Source: Octopus vulgaris (taxonomy: Eukaryota). From it: DNA of 64,000 bases. The stretch's first letter is position 1. The number at the start of each line of letters is the position of its first letter. Below, in pieces: positions 13,526 through 25,740 of this stretch. The stretch covers positions 136,896,001-136,960,000 of the forward strand of contig OX597818.1 of the NCBI GenBank assembly GCA_951406725.2, in the 5' to 3' direction. Under the pieces are notes generated by a model. It saw only the letters and a list, made by a program, of their open reading frames with translations, was not told the origin of the DNA and searched no databases. The translations under genes were made by a program, and so were the position numbers.

Positions 13526-14339
13526 TTATCGCTGGACACTGATGAGGTGTGATGCATGATTAATTACTTAACGTCTACTTATGTAATCATTTCAGCATTT
13601 TGCTGAAATGCGGGTGTGTCCTATAAAGCTTTGACTACCACACCTGTTTTCCTGCTTATTATTCCATTATATATAAGGTGGCAAGCTGGTACAAACATTA
13701 ACTTGCTAGGCAAACTGCTTAGCGAGATTTTGTCTGTCTTTACATTCTGAGTTCAAATTCTGCCAAGGTTGACTTTGCCTTTTATGCTTTCAAGATCAAT
13801 AAAATAAACATCAGTTAAACACTGGGGCCTGATGTAACTGACTGACCCACTCCCACCAAATTTTTGGTCTTCTGCCAAAATTTGAAGCCACTATTTCTTC
13901 TGTGTGGTGAGAAGCTTGCTTCCCAACCACATACTTCCCAGTTCAATCTCACTGCATGGCACCTTGGACAGGTGTCTTCATGTCTTCTACTATAGCTTCA
14001 GGCTGACCAAAGCCTTGTGAGTGGATTTGGTAGACAGAAACTGTCGTGTGTGTATGTATACACACACATGTATGTATGTATATATTTGTGTGTCTGAGTT
14101 TGTCCCCCCCCCCACCATCACCTGACAGCCGATGTTGGTGTATTTACGTCCCCATAACTTAGTGGTCAGGCAAGAGACTTATAGAATAAGTACTAGGCTT
14201 ACGAAGAATAAGTGTCCTGGGGTCAATTTGTTCGATAGCAGGTTGTGCTCCAGCATGGCTTCAGTCAGATGACCGAAACAAGTAAAAGAATATATATATA
14301 TGAGCCTGGCTAGGCTTTAAAAGGGCGCATTTATTATTT

Positions 14340-14384
<45 letters not shown>

Positions 14385-14475
14385 GTGTGTGTGTGTATTA
14401 GTGTACTGTTCTATGATCAACAAAAAAAAGTACTCCATCTGGTGAGAGATAAATATTATTTAGTAAATACAATAT

Positions 14476-14641
14476 ATTTATGTGCTACTATTAGTTTCAT
14501 GTGCTGAGAGCATGCTAAACAGTGTTTTTTCACACATCTGGTGTCTTAGCATGAACATCTGACACTGCTAGGACATCAGATGTACTAAAAAACACTGTTT
14601 GGCATGTCCTCAGCACATGAAACTAATAGTAACACATAAAT
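14476..14641. repeat. Long imperfect palindrome (~75-bp arms)
   Basis: atttatgtgctactattagtttcatgtgctgag... mirrored by ...ctcagcacatgaaactaatagtaacacataaat. Confidence 0.85.
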
Positions 14642-15044
14642 ACATATATTGTGGTTATCATATGTATGTATATCCAATGTATCCTGCTCTTTAAGACTTC
14701 AGAGTGATCTGAGAGAGACTTAGCAATTATTTTTTATATGTTGAATGATCATTGGGGGTGAGTAATTCTGTTGGTTGACATAATTGTTTGGGGAGGTTGT
14801 GGGAATTGAGTATAGGCAAGAAGAAGAAGGGAGAAAGATGGGGAAGGAAAAAATGGGAAAGATATGTGAGAGAGAGAGAAACATAGCTAGGTGAGTGGGT
14901 CAATAAGGTAGTAGACAATCAGCTGAAAGCAGTGGGAACACTGTGAAGTTGACAAATGTTCTACATTACTAAGTAAAAAGTTAGGTTCCACATAAGTAAT
15001 ATATATGAGTTGAAGAACTTCAATCAACTGAAATGATTATCTGA

Positions 15045-15444
15045 GGCCATTGACTGGCCTCTGTGCTGGTGGCACGTAACAAACACCATCCGATCGTGGC
15101 CGTGCCAGCCTTGCCTGGCCTCCGTGCCGGTGGCACGTAACAAACACCATCCGATCGTGGCCGTGCCAGCCTTGCCTGGCCTCCGTGCCGGTGGCACGTA
15201 AAAAACATCATCCGAGTGTGGCCATTCGCCAGCCTCGTCTGGCACCTGTGTCGGTGGCACATAAAAAGCACCCACTACACTCACGGAGTGGTTGGCGTTA
15301 GGAAGGGCATCCAGCTGTAGAAACACTGCCAGATCAGACTGGAGCCTGGTGCAGCCTTCGGGCTTCCCAGACCCCAGTTGAACCGTCCAACCCATGCTAG
15401 CATGGAAAATGGACGCTAAATGATGATGATGATGATGATGATGA
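15045..15444 (+). mobile_element. Non-autonomous retroelement family D (RTE-like tail, (GAT)n end, internal ~60-bp tandem units)
   Basis: Four gtgccggtggcac-type units followed by ggttggcgttaggaagggcatccagc...catgctagcatggaaa..ggacg..aaa(tga)n. Confidence 0.8.
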
Positions 15445-15469
15445 TAGGAAACAAACACTCCCTCTACTA

Positions 15470-15980
15470 TACGTTGTAAGTTTTCCTCTGTTTTTTTTTT
15501 CCATGTCTTCCTTGGATTTATCTTCCACAAGTTCCTTCCGTTTGATTTTCTGGCACTTTTTTTAACCAGCTGTCATCCTCCATGCACATCCCACATCTGT
15601 ACCAGCACACTCTTCTTTCTTGCATGTTACATTTAATTTCTCTTATCCCCAGTCTTTCTCTCAATTTATGCTCTATCGTTCATGCACTCCAACATTTTAT
15701 ACATCAAACGGAACACGTTCGCCTCATTTCTTTCCAGCTTTGTATATTCTATGTCATCAATGCTTATTAAAGAGCAGATTATATGATGCTTGTGCACTTC
15801 AAACAGAATCATTATACAACTGGTCCTTCAATCAGAGAGAGAGAGAAACATTTTTGTTGCCAGCAGAAATAACGGCTTCCTAAACATTTTCCATTCCGTT
15901 TTAACTCTAGCTACTAGGTTTTTAGAACACCGACCTCTACTGCCAATTAGGTTACTTAGGCAACAGAAACTGGTGAATAT
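15470..15980 (-). pseudogene. Decayed RTE-like LINE 3' region
   Basis: Remnants of an RL.WYGH..RM and RGRP.KTW-like C-terminus (e.g. PRKTW at the start of ORF 15024-15530). Confidence 0.4.
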
Positions 15981-16362
15981 TTTTATTACTGTTAAGGAGC
16001 CTTTCCTACATTTGAAAGAATTTCCTGCTAGTTACAAGGTTGGACCATAAAGAAAAGCACTCAGTGGATATTGTAAAGTAGTTGGCATGAGGAAGGGTAT
16101 CTAACCACAGATTCCATCCCAAAATAGATTTTGTGGTGCATGACTACACCTTTCGTCTTGTTTGTCAGATCTTGTAGAACTGTTCAACCTATGCCAGTGT
16201 GGACAGTGGATATAAAATGATGTTGATTCTATATATTTTTTGTGTTATGCTTAGAAGTGATGCACTTTACTAGAATTTTTTGACTTGGCTCCAGTAAAAC
16301 AAGCAATTCTAAATGTTTGTTATAGTATCAATATTTGGTTTTACTTCATATATATAGTGGGT

Positions 16363-16530
16363 AAAAAGCACCCACTACATTTGCAGAGTGGTTGGCGTTA
16401 GGAAGGGCATCCAGCCGTAGAAACACTGCCAGATCAGACTGGGCCTGATGCAGCCTTCTGGCTTCACAGACCCCAGTTGAACCGTCCAACCCATGCTAGC
16501 ATGGAAAACGGATGCTAAATGATGATGATG
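16363..16530 (+). mobile_element. Family D 3' end
   Basis: Matches the family D tail. Confidence 0.8.
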
Positions 16531-16562
<32 letters not shown>

Positions 16563-16867
16563 TAGAGAGAGAGAGAGAATCAACTACTTTGTGTGACCAG
16601 ATGTACCAATGAATAAGATGTCATCCATTTTTACTTTCCCCATGAAATTTTATCCTTTTTCCCAAGTTACAGAGAAGACTTGAGCCAACGAAGAAACCTC
16701 TATGCAGTCACTTGACCACATTCCCCTCATACCACACTCCATTGTCTTAGACAAGCAGGGACACATTAGATAATAAAGCCCTACATACACCTTGAAATGA
16801 TGGTATGGTCATGGCTGGAATGTCTTTGACCAAACGTTTACTTCATAAAGGCTGACATATGAACTAA

Positions 16868-17463
16868 TCATCATCATCATTGTTCGACCGTGGTCGAGAC
16901 AATGGAATTTACCATGCTACGCCAGACTTTATGGTCCATCATGGCATTATGGAGGTCCTGTTGCTGGATGCCTGTATCCCTGGAGATTACATCAGGGTAG
17001 GAGAGTGTGTGTCCTCTGGTATTGCGAGCAGATGGCTTCCAGAGGAGAAGAGTAGAAATTACTTCTTTTTCAGCTCTACAACAATGTCCAGCAAACTGGA
17101 CTCCCCTACCTTTCACAAGAGATGACACAGGTGGTAGTTTCCCATATATTTGCATTTTGGTTGGATGGCATTTTCCACGAGAGATTTTGAGCTCTCATAA
17201 GGAGGCGAGTGTAGGTTCCATCCAACCGCCTCTCAAGCTTCTTTGATAACGTCCAGGTTTCTGAGCCATATAGTAGAATTGGTTCGACTGTGGCTTTGAA
17301 GATTTCAAGTTTGAAGTCTCTACTTAGATTTGATGACCAGATCTTATGCATGCCATTACAGGCTGACCAGGCCATACCCTTTCTAGTTAGAAAGTCTTTT
17401 CCAGATGATGATATGTATGACCCAAGATATTTGTAATCAGAAACCATATTTAAGGGGGCATTG
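16868..17463 (-). mobile_element. RTE-clade LINE, 5'-truncated, frameshifted
   Basis: YKYLGS...FKATVEPILLYGSETWTL...RLDGTYTRLL then FAGHC in a second frame; (TGA)n tail; 8-bp TSD tgaactaa at 16860-16867 and 17464-17471. Confidence 0.9.
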
Positions 17464-17884
17464 TGAACTAAACAACAACTGCAACAGTAGAATGAGCTGA
17501 AACAACACAGAATAAAGCAATATTCCAAGGAACATGATAAACCCCTAACAGCAGCCTACATATGATACTTAGGGATCATATATAGAGTAGTCCAGCATTT
17601 TACTTAGACATTATATATGTATTTTGTTGTGTCTGGGGAGAGTCAGATATTTATTGCATGGTAAAGAAGTTTGGGTTTTTTCATCACATTGTTCCAGATA
17701 CAATCCTGCCTTGCAGCATCTTTGGCAAGTGTCATTCACCACATTTTCAAATTGACCTAACACTTGTAGTAAACAGAAACTGTAAAAGAAGCCTGTTAGA
17801 GGGGCTGAACAGTGTGTGGTGTGATTTCTCTATTCTTTTGGCTCCTGCTAAAAAACAAAAAAAAAACAAAAAAAAACTGGCCCT

Positions 17885-18200
17885 GTTAGTTACGACATGA
17901 GGAGGTTCCCATTTGATTCGATTAATAGAACAGTTGGGGCTCATGAAATTAACATACAAGTGGCTGAGCACTCCACAGACATGCGTACCCTTAATGTAGT
18001 TTTGGGGGAAGATTCAGCTTGACATAGAATGTGACAACACTAGCTCTTTGAAAGACAGGTACTACTCGTCTTTACCAGCTGAGTAGACTGGAGCAATGTG
18101 AAATAAAGTGTCTTGCTCATGGACACAATGCACTACCAGGAATTGATCTCATGATCTTACGATCATGAGCCAAATACCCAAACCACTCAACCACACACCT
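17885..18200 (-). mobile_element. SINE with family H head/core and family B tail type 1 (diverged)
   Basis: Reverse complement of the 29990-30305 arrangement. Confidence 0.7.
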
Positions 18201-19285
18201 TTACAATTCCTGCTACCAATAACAGAGACCCTATGTAAAGGTCATGGACACAGGTCTTCTACTGATTATCTATAAAAATTGAAATAGTTTCTTTTTTCTT
18301 TATAATGTTTTTTTTTTTTATCATGTTATTTTTTTCTTTATCATTTGTTATTTTGATTGTTTTGATTCTGAATTCATTTGACCTATTGGTTGACCTACAA
18401 TAATTTGGAATGAAACCCTATGTGATGACACACTTTTCAGTTTTGTTTTGGCAAATCAAACATTTGATCAAAACCCCATCAAAATCAGTGAACATGAACT
18501 TCAAACAATGAAAAATTTCCGTTCCACATATATATATAAATGTGATGTTTCCTCACATGAATCGACTTTTACACAAAAAAAAAGAAAAACAAGGGGAAAA
18601 AAAAAAATGAAAAAAGGGTACACACATACATATAAGCAACTGTGTATATATATTCAGCTAGCATATATTAAGGTCTTCCGCTACTAGCCAATTAATATTA
18701 AATAGAAAGTGATTAGCTGCATTTTGGTTGGGTTAACGTGACATGTATATTTACCGATGGCATGAAAAACTAGTAACTGCAAAATGATAGTTAGTAATCC
18801 AACAATAAAAAAAAAAAAAAATGGAAGGACTTCAGTAAATTGGTTAATCTATTATTAGCAACAAAGGTCTCCTCTCTTCAAACGAAAGATGCCAGACAAA
18901 TATCAATTATATTTTTCATTATATGGCATATGATGTAATCTATTATGTATGTAAACAGGATTAGTGGTGTTTGTATTTTAGATGTATTTATGGTTTATGC
19001 TTGATTATGGATTATTTTCTTCATCTTCAATGTTCACTGACATGGGTGATAATACGATGTTTGGATCGACACACTTTGATTAAACCAACAGACAAACAGA
19101 GAGAGAGAGAGAGAGAGAGACATAAATGTGTCTGTTTCTGAGCTGGTTAGGGATTGAAACTTGAACAGTTATTTAACTGGTGGACAATGAGTTGGTGGTC
19201 AGAACTGCAGACCAAACAGCCTGCAGATATAAAAGTTCCCTATTCAATTCTTAGCTTTGTGCAGGAATATATGTTCATCATTATC

Positions 19286-19706
19286 TTTTAGATGACTGCC
19301 CACACGAAGCCCATAGCGATAACGAGTATTTTAAAGAAACACTCATTATCGCTCATTATCGCTCCGTGTGGGCAGTCATCTAAAAGTTTTTGTGCATCTT
19401 GATGCTGACATAAGTTCCTTGTTTTTCCTGATGAGAAGGCGGCATAATGCACCCCTTATTCCTTCGAAATTAGGAATATGCAGCCTTCGAAACATATGTC
19501 GAAAATAAAGGAATTTTGTTAATTCGTCGTTCAACTCCATTCTTTCATTTATTTGTATTTAAAAAAACACAAATTTCCACACGATAGCACGTGATCTCTG
19601 CCCTTGGCATGTAGCTTCAACCATGTTTTTCTGACGTGAATTTGCTACCCAGGTATCGGTTAACCGAATTATCCATAATAAGATAATTCATTCAACTACT
19701 CAATTA
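19286..19706 (+). mobile_element. Non-autonomous Penelope-like (pLTR-type) element carrying the hammerhead
   Basis: 12-bp direct repeat ttcatcattatc at 19274-19285 and 19707-19718; ~100-nt terminal hairpin 19285-19386; internal hammerhead; no ORF. Confidence 0.65.
19412..19516 (+). ncRNA. Type I hammerhead ribozyme (Penelope-like element type)
   Basis: Core CTGATGA 19428-19434; stem II gaaggc/gccttc extended by gcata/tatgc; GAAA 19489-19492; palindromic stem III ACATATGT; GTC cleavage triplet ending 19500; stem I ttttc/gaaaa extended by aagttcctt/aaggaattt. Confidence 0.85.
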
Positions 19707-19993
19707 TTCATCATTATCATTATCATTTTTATGCCTATTATTCCATGCTGGCATGGATTACATGGAACTTGTTGAATCAGACTTTCTATGCTCAGATACT
19801 CTTCCTGCAACCAAGGAAATAAATTGTCTTGCCCAAGAACATAACACACAGCCCAGTCTAGGAATTGAACTCACAACCTCATGATTGTGAGCCTGATGCT
19901 CTAACAACTGAGTCATTCACCTTCACAATTACCAATATAAGTAAAAGACAGACTATATATCAAAAGGTAATAAAACATGGACCCAGTAAATAT

Positions 19994-20225
19994 ATATTTC
20001 TTTATTGCCCACAAGGGGCTACACACAGAGGGGACAAACAAGGACAGACAAACGAATTAAGTCGATTAAATCGACCCCAGTGCGTAACTGGTACTTAATT
20101 TATCGACCCCGAAAGGATGAAAGGCAAAGTCGACCTCGGCGGAATTTGAACTCAGAACGTAACGGCAGACGAAATATGGCTACGCATTTCGCCCGGCGTG
20201 CTAACGTTTCTGCCAGCTCGCCGCC
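19994..20225 (-). mobile_element. SINE family C
   Basis: Full-length copy. Confidence 0.9.
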
Positions 20226-20407
20226 TTATATATAGAAGACCTACAGTGGTTGAAGATACATCTGAGAGATGAACATTGCTTGGACATGAAAACAATTTGG
20301 CAGAAGAGAATTAAGAAACCTGTGGGGTATCAAAGTCAAGCTTTTGTTTTGAGGAACATGGGTATGGATACACAACCTGAGACAATGATGATAGGAAGTT
20401 AGATTAA

Positions 20408-20625
20408 CCCTTTAGTATTTAAACCGGCCATATCCGGCAAAATAGCTAATCTGTTTTATGTTCAAACTGACCAGATCTAGGCTCTCACACCTACCCTACA
20501 ATGTTATTCTACATTAAGTAATTACACCATCAAGATCTTGAAGATATGAGATAATGCATGATTAATTCAAATCAATGGGAATCAATAGGCATTATGTTTG
20601 ATTGAATAATCTGAACACTAAAGGG
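20408..20625. mobile_element. piggyBac-like MITE (family F1)
   Basis: TTAA|CCCTTTAG ... CTAAAGGG|TTAA. Related copies at ~61410-61636, ~42390-42560, ~60500-60680 and ~24885-25445. Confidence 0.75.
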
Positions 20626-20918
20626 TTAAATGAAATGGCATGAATTAGTAAGGAAAGGTACTCAGTCACAGAATGACTTAACTCTTGTACTTATAGCAAG
20701 TAATATATTTCATCACAGTAGTTGCAAGTACAGTGAATTCACTGATGACATGGTACCCAGTCTAAGAATGATATAAATCTTGCACCAGGTGATATAGTTC
20801 ATCAACATGGCTGCAAGTACAGTGAAATCTGTAATTCACTGATGAGGTGAACTAAGAATAAGGCTGAAATGTGTCTGGAGTTGTTTCCCATTCTTGTTGG
20901 AAATGTGAAATAACATCA

Positions 20919-21186
20919 GCCAGCCTCGTCTGGCACCTGTGTCGGTGGCACATAAAAAACACCATCCGAGCGTGGCCGTCTGCCAGCCTCGTCTGGCACC
21001 TGTGTCGGTGGCACATAAAATCACCCACTACACTCTCGGAGTGGTTGGCGTTAGGAAGGGCATCCAGCTGTAGAAACACTGCCAGATCTGACTGGCCTGG
21101 TGCAGCCTTCGGGCTTGCCAGACCCCAGTTGAACCATCCAATCCATGCTAGCATGGAAAGCGGACGTTAAACGATGATGATGATGA
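20919..21186 (+). mobile_element. Family D element
   Basis: Two ~60-bp units plus tail. Confidence 0.8.
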
Positions 21187-21696
21187 TTGATTAATGTTGT
21201 AATATTGCTTTGATTTCTTTTCTTTTCTTCGTCACTGCATAATTATTTATAGATTCTTAATGTTGCATTCGTTAAATATTATCAACATCATCTATTAAGT
21301 TGATAGTTGAATGAAAATAACCTTAAAATGGTTTTTACCCACTGAGATAAAAACTACTTCAAACGCATGGAAAGATGAAGACCTGGGCATCCTTTCTAAC
21401 ACTAGAAAACTAGCTGTTACTAAACAATGACAAGTTTTATAACAATGTTGATAACAATGATGATGATTAGTATATAGCTAAGAATAATTTCTGCTTTAGT
21501 CACTACAGAGACATCCGATAGATTGGTCAGCTAGCATGTAACCAGATACTAACTGGTGGAACAGGTTTTTTTTTGTTTTCTTATTATTAATGATTTTTCA
21601 GTTTGGTCACTATCAGTATGTTTATTGGTCAGCCAACAATTGGAAATAGTGGTCAGTACATTATGGCCTTAAATAGCTTTATTATTATTATTATCA

Positions 21697-21734
<38 letters not shown>

Positions 21735-23194
21735 ATTATTATAATTCAGTTTCTGTTTAAACAGACTCTACTGAGATAGTAATCAGCTAGTAGCCGGAGA
21801 CAACAGTTTGTGGTAGCGATGATGGTGATGGGGGAAATGACTAATGATTTTGTTTTGGTCTGTAAAACACTAGGTGTACCAATCAAAGGTCCGACAGAAA
21901 GAGGAGATGCAAATCAGATAGACCGACTTTAGTAATTTTAATTAACCTCTTAAAACCACGATCCCTGAGATATCTAATTAAATTATTAAAAGTGAGAAGT
22001 AAGTCTTGGAGCTTAAGGGATTAAGGGTGTCGGATGGCAACGTTTGGGTGGTAAGTGGATTAAATACCTGCAGGTATTTAATAAGGAAGAATTGTTTAAA
22101 AGTCAAACAAAATAATTAGCGATATTCAGTTACATCCATTCAGACTCTGAGTTCAAATCCTACGAGGATCAAATTTACTCTTTATTTTTCTGGCGTTAAT
22201 AATTTAAGAACCAGTCAAGTACTGGAGACCGGTTCAATCAAATTTATCCCTTCCCCTCAAAATGTGAATTTTAAATTAATTAGTAACCATAGAAACATTG
22301 ATTGCCTAGCAACTAGTTACCTTATCAATCCTATGAAGATTTTATGTGGATCACTTAACCTGCTAGAAATAGCAGTAAAGTCCCTCTCATATCACAACCC
22401 ATTATCTTAAGAAAGATGAGCATATTTGATATTGTTGTCCTAGATATGTGTAAAGACAGGATGGTCACATCTGGAACATGCTTAATCAGAGTTGATCTAG
22501 AGCTAAACAACAATAGCCTATTTAGTGATGAGTATATTAATCATTATCATCATCATCATCATATAATGTCCATTTTTCCCTTTTCCATGCTGGCTGCACC
22601 AGGCCCCAGTCAATCTGTTTTGGCATGGTTTCTACAGCTGGATGCCCTTCCTAATGCCCTACACTTTACAGAGTGTACTGGGTGATTCTTTTTTTATGTG
22701 GCACCAGCATGGGTGCTTATTGTACATGGTGGTGGCACAGGTGCTTTTTTTTATGTGACGCCAGCACAGATGCTTCTTATGCGGTGCCAGTATGGGTCCT
22801 CTTGATGTGGCACTGGCACAGTTGCCTCCATGTGATGCCAGCATAGGTGCCTATTATGTGGCATCAGTACTCATTGGGTTACCAAGTGGCTTGCAAGACA
22901 AAGATGTCTCTGTTGAGAGAGGGAAAAGAACTGAGAGAAGTGGCCATGTGCAAGGCGAGAGGTTAGCATATGATAGAAGGTCGGGAATACAAAGGAGATA
23001 CTAGGCTACCCCATTAGGACAAAGAAGCAGAGGAAGGCAGGAGAGAAAGATAGAAACAGTCAGAGTGAGAGAGAGAGAGAGAGCCTAACCACAGGAACAG
23101 TCAGGAGGAATATAAGTAGAGCAGAAGAGACTAGTATAACCACGGGTCAAAGATTGATGGATTTTTTTTTTATATGTAGTTAGTATTCATTGTT

Positions 23195-24860
23195 GTTGTT
23201 ACTTAGCCCCAAGTCAGTCATGATCCAATAGACCTATAGTGTACTAACTGGGACCATCCAGACATAGTATATCTAGGAATACATTACTGACTGTTCTATT
23301 CCTTGTTGTTTAGCCCCAAGCTAGTCATGATCCAGTAGACCTATAGTGTACTAACTGGGACCATCCAGACATAGTAATATCTAGGAGTACATTACTGACT
23401 GTTCTATTCCTCGTTGTTTAGCCCCAAGCTAGTCATGATCCAGTAGACCTATAGTGTACTAACTGGGACCATCCAGACATAGTATATCTAGGAATACATT
23501 ACTAACTGTTCTATTCCTCGTTGTTTAGCCCCAAGTCAGTCATGATCCAATAGACCTATAGTGTACTAACTGGGACCATCCAGACATAGTATATCTAGGA
23601 ATACATTACTGACTGTTCTATTCCTCGTTGTTTAGCCCCAAGTCAGTCATGATCCAATAGACCTATAGTGTACTAACTGGGACCATCCAGACATAGTATA
23701 TCTAGGAATACATTACTGACTGTTCTATTCCTCGTTGTTTAGCCCCAAGTCAGTCATGATCCAATAGACCTATAGTGTACTAACTGGGACCATCCAGACA
23801 TAGTATATCTAGGAATACATTACTGACTGTTCTATTCCTTGTTGTTTAGCCCCAAGTCAGTCATGATCCAATAGACCTATAGTGTACTAACTGGGACCAT
23901 CCAGACATAGTATATCTAGGAATACATTACTGACTGTTCTATTCCTTGTTGTTTAGCCCCAAGTCAGTCATGATCCAATAGACCTATAGTGTACTAACTG
24001 GGACCATCCAGACATAGTATATCTAGGAATACATTACTGACTGTTCTATTCCTTGTTGTTTAGCCCCAAGTCAGTCATGATCCAATAGACCTATAGTGTA
24101 CTAACTGGGACCATCCAGACATAGTATATCTAGGAATACATTACTGACTGTTCTATTCCTTGTTGTTTAGCCCCAAGTCAGTCATGATCCAATAGACCTA
24201 TAGTGTACTAACTGGGACCATCCAGACATAGTATATCTAGGAATACATTACTGACTGTTCTATTCCTTGTTGTTTAGCCCCAAGTCAGTCATGATCCAAT
24301 AGACCTATAGTGTACTAACTGGGACCATCCAGACATAGTATATCTAGGAATACATTACTGACTGTTCTATTCCTTGTTGTTTAGCCCCAAGTCAGTCATG
24401 ATCCAATAGACCTATAGTGTACTAACTGGGACCATCCAGACATAGTATATCTAGGAATACATTACTGACTGTTCTATTCCTTGTTGTTTAGCCCCAAGTC
24501 AGTCATGATCCAATAGACCTATAGTGTACTAACTGGGACCATCCAGACATAGTATATCTAGGAATACATTACTGACTGTTCTATTCCTTGTTGTTTAGCC
24601 CCAAGTCAGTCATGATCCAATAGACCTATGATATATCAGCTGGCACCATCCAGCTAGGACTACACTGCTCACTGTGCCATTCCTTGTTGTTGTTTAGCCC
24701 CAAGTCAGTCAGTAGACTTATAGTGGTATACCAGCTAAGACCATCCAGACACTATATATATCTTGGAGTACATTATTGATTGATACATTCCTTGTTGCAG
24801 TTTAGCTCCAGATCAATCATGATCCACTTGGACCTATAATGGTGCTCCAGCAAGGACCAT
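23195..24860. repeat. 107-bp tandem satellite: 13 near-identical units plus about 3 diverged units
   Basis: gccccaag recurs at 23206, 23313, 23421, 23528, 23635, 23742 ... 24491, 24598 (period 107). Confidence 0.95.
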
Positions 24861-25007
24861 CCATACATTTGCTCAATTAATGTAACACCAGATTTAATTA
24901 AGTTGTTTTATGTTCATACCAGCTGGATCTGGTCTCTCACACCTACCCTACAATATCATTCTAAAAATAAACAGTCATATCAACAAAATCTAGGGTTTAT
25001 TACAAAA

Positions 25008-25390
25008 CTAGCAGTATCGCCCGGCGTTGCTCAGGTTTATAAGGGAAATAACTATAAAGCATTTGTAGAGAGTTATAGCCAAAAAATAGCAAAAAAATGG
25101 AAAAAATGATGGTAAATTTTTTTTGAGAGTTAAAAAAGGTGGAGTTGCGTCCCCTAGACAGTTTGTGGTTTGTGTTTCTGATTCTCGACCCCATGTCGAA
25201 TTTATCGATTTCTTTCAGAACTGGGGAAACTTTTCAAAATTTTCGCTGCGTTAGTTTTGAATTATGACATTGGGCTATGTGTGTGTCAAGTTTCATCAGA
25301 ATCGGTTGAAAGCCGTGGTCAGGGTGAGGGTACAAGCAAACAGACACACAGAAATACGCACAGACAAACTGCCGTTTATATAGACAGAGA
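25008..25390 (-). mobile_element. Non-autonomous Helitron
   Basis: Minus strand 5'-TC ... subterminal GC hairpin ... CTAG-3', inserted between A and T, inside an F1 MITE. Confidence 0.85.
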
Positions 25391-25485
25391 TAATGCATGA
25401 ATAAGCATCACATTTAATAGAGTAATCTGAATGGTAAAGGGTCAAAATTAACATTGGGGTACCCAAATTTAACAATGACATTTAC

Positions 25486-25677
25486 ACTTTACTTGTTTCA
25501 GTCATTTGACTGCGGCCATGCTGTAGCACCGCCTTTAGTCGAGCAAATCGACCCCGGGACTTATTCTTGGTAAGCCCAGTACTTATTCTATCGGTCTCTT
25601 TTTGCCGAACCGCTAAGTGACGGGGACGTAAACACACCAGCATCGGTTGTCAAGCAATGCTAAGGGGACAAACACAG

Positions 25678-25740
<63 letters not shown>

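Noticed and set aside
13169-13552. 127-aa plus-strand ORF
   Set aside because: Antisense shadow of the CR1 ORF2 fragment.
19150-19225. Candidate next minus-strand exon after acceptor cttttatatctgcag (GCLVCSSDHQL...)
   Set aside because: Reaches a stop within ~25 codons, has no good donor and lacks the expected D.Q.D...K.AP.VA.YAG motif.
23195-24860. CRISPR-like regular array
   Set aside because: Units are contiguous and near-identical with no unique spacers; no cas genes; eukaryotic context.
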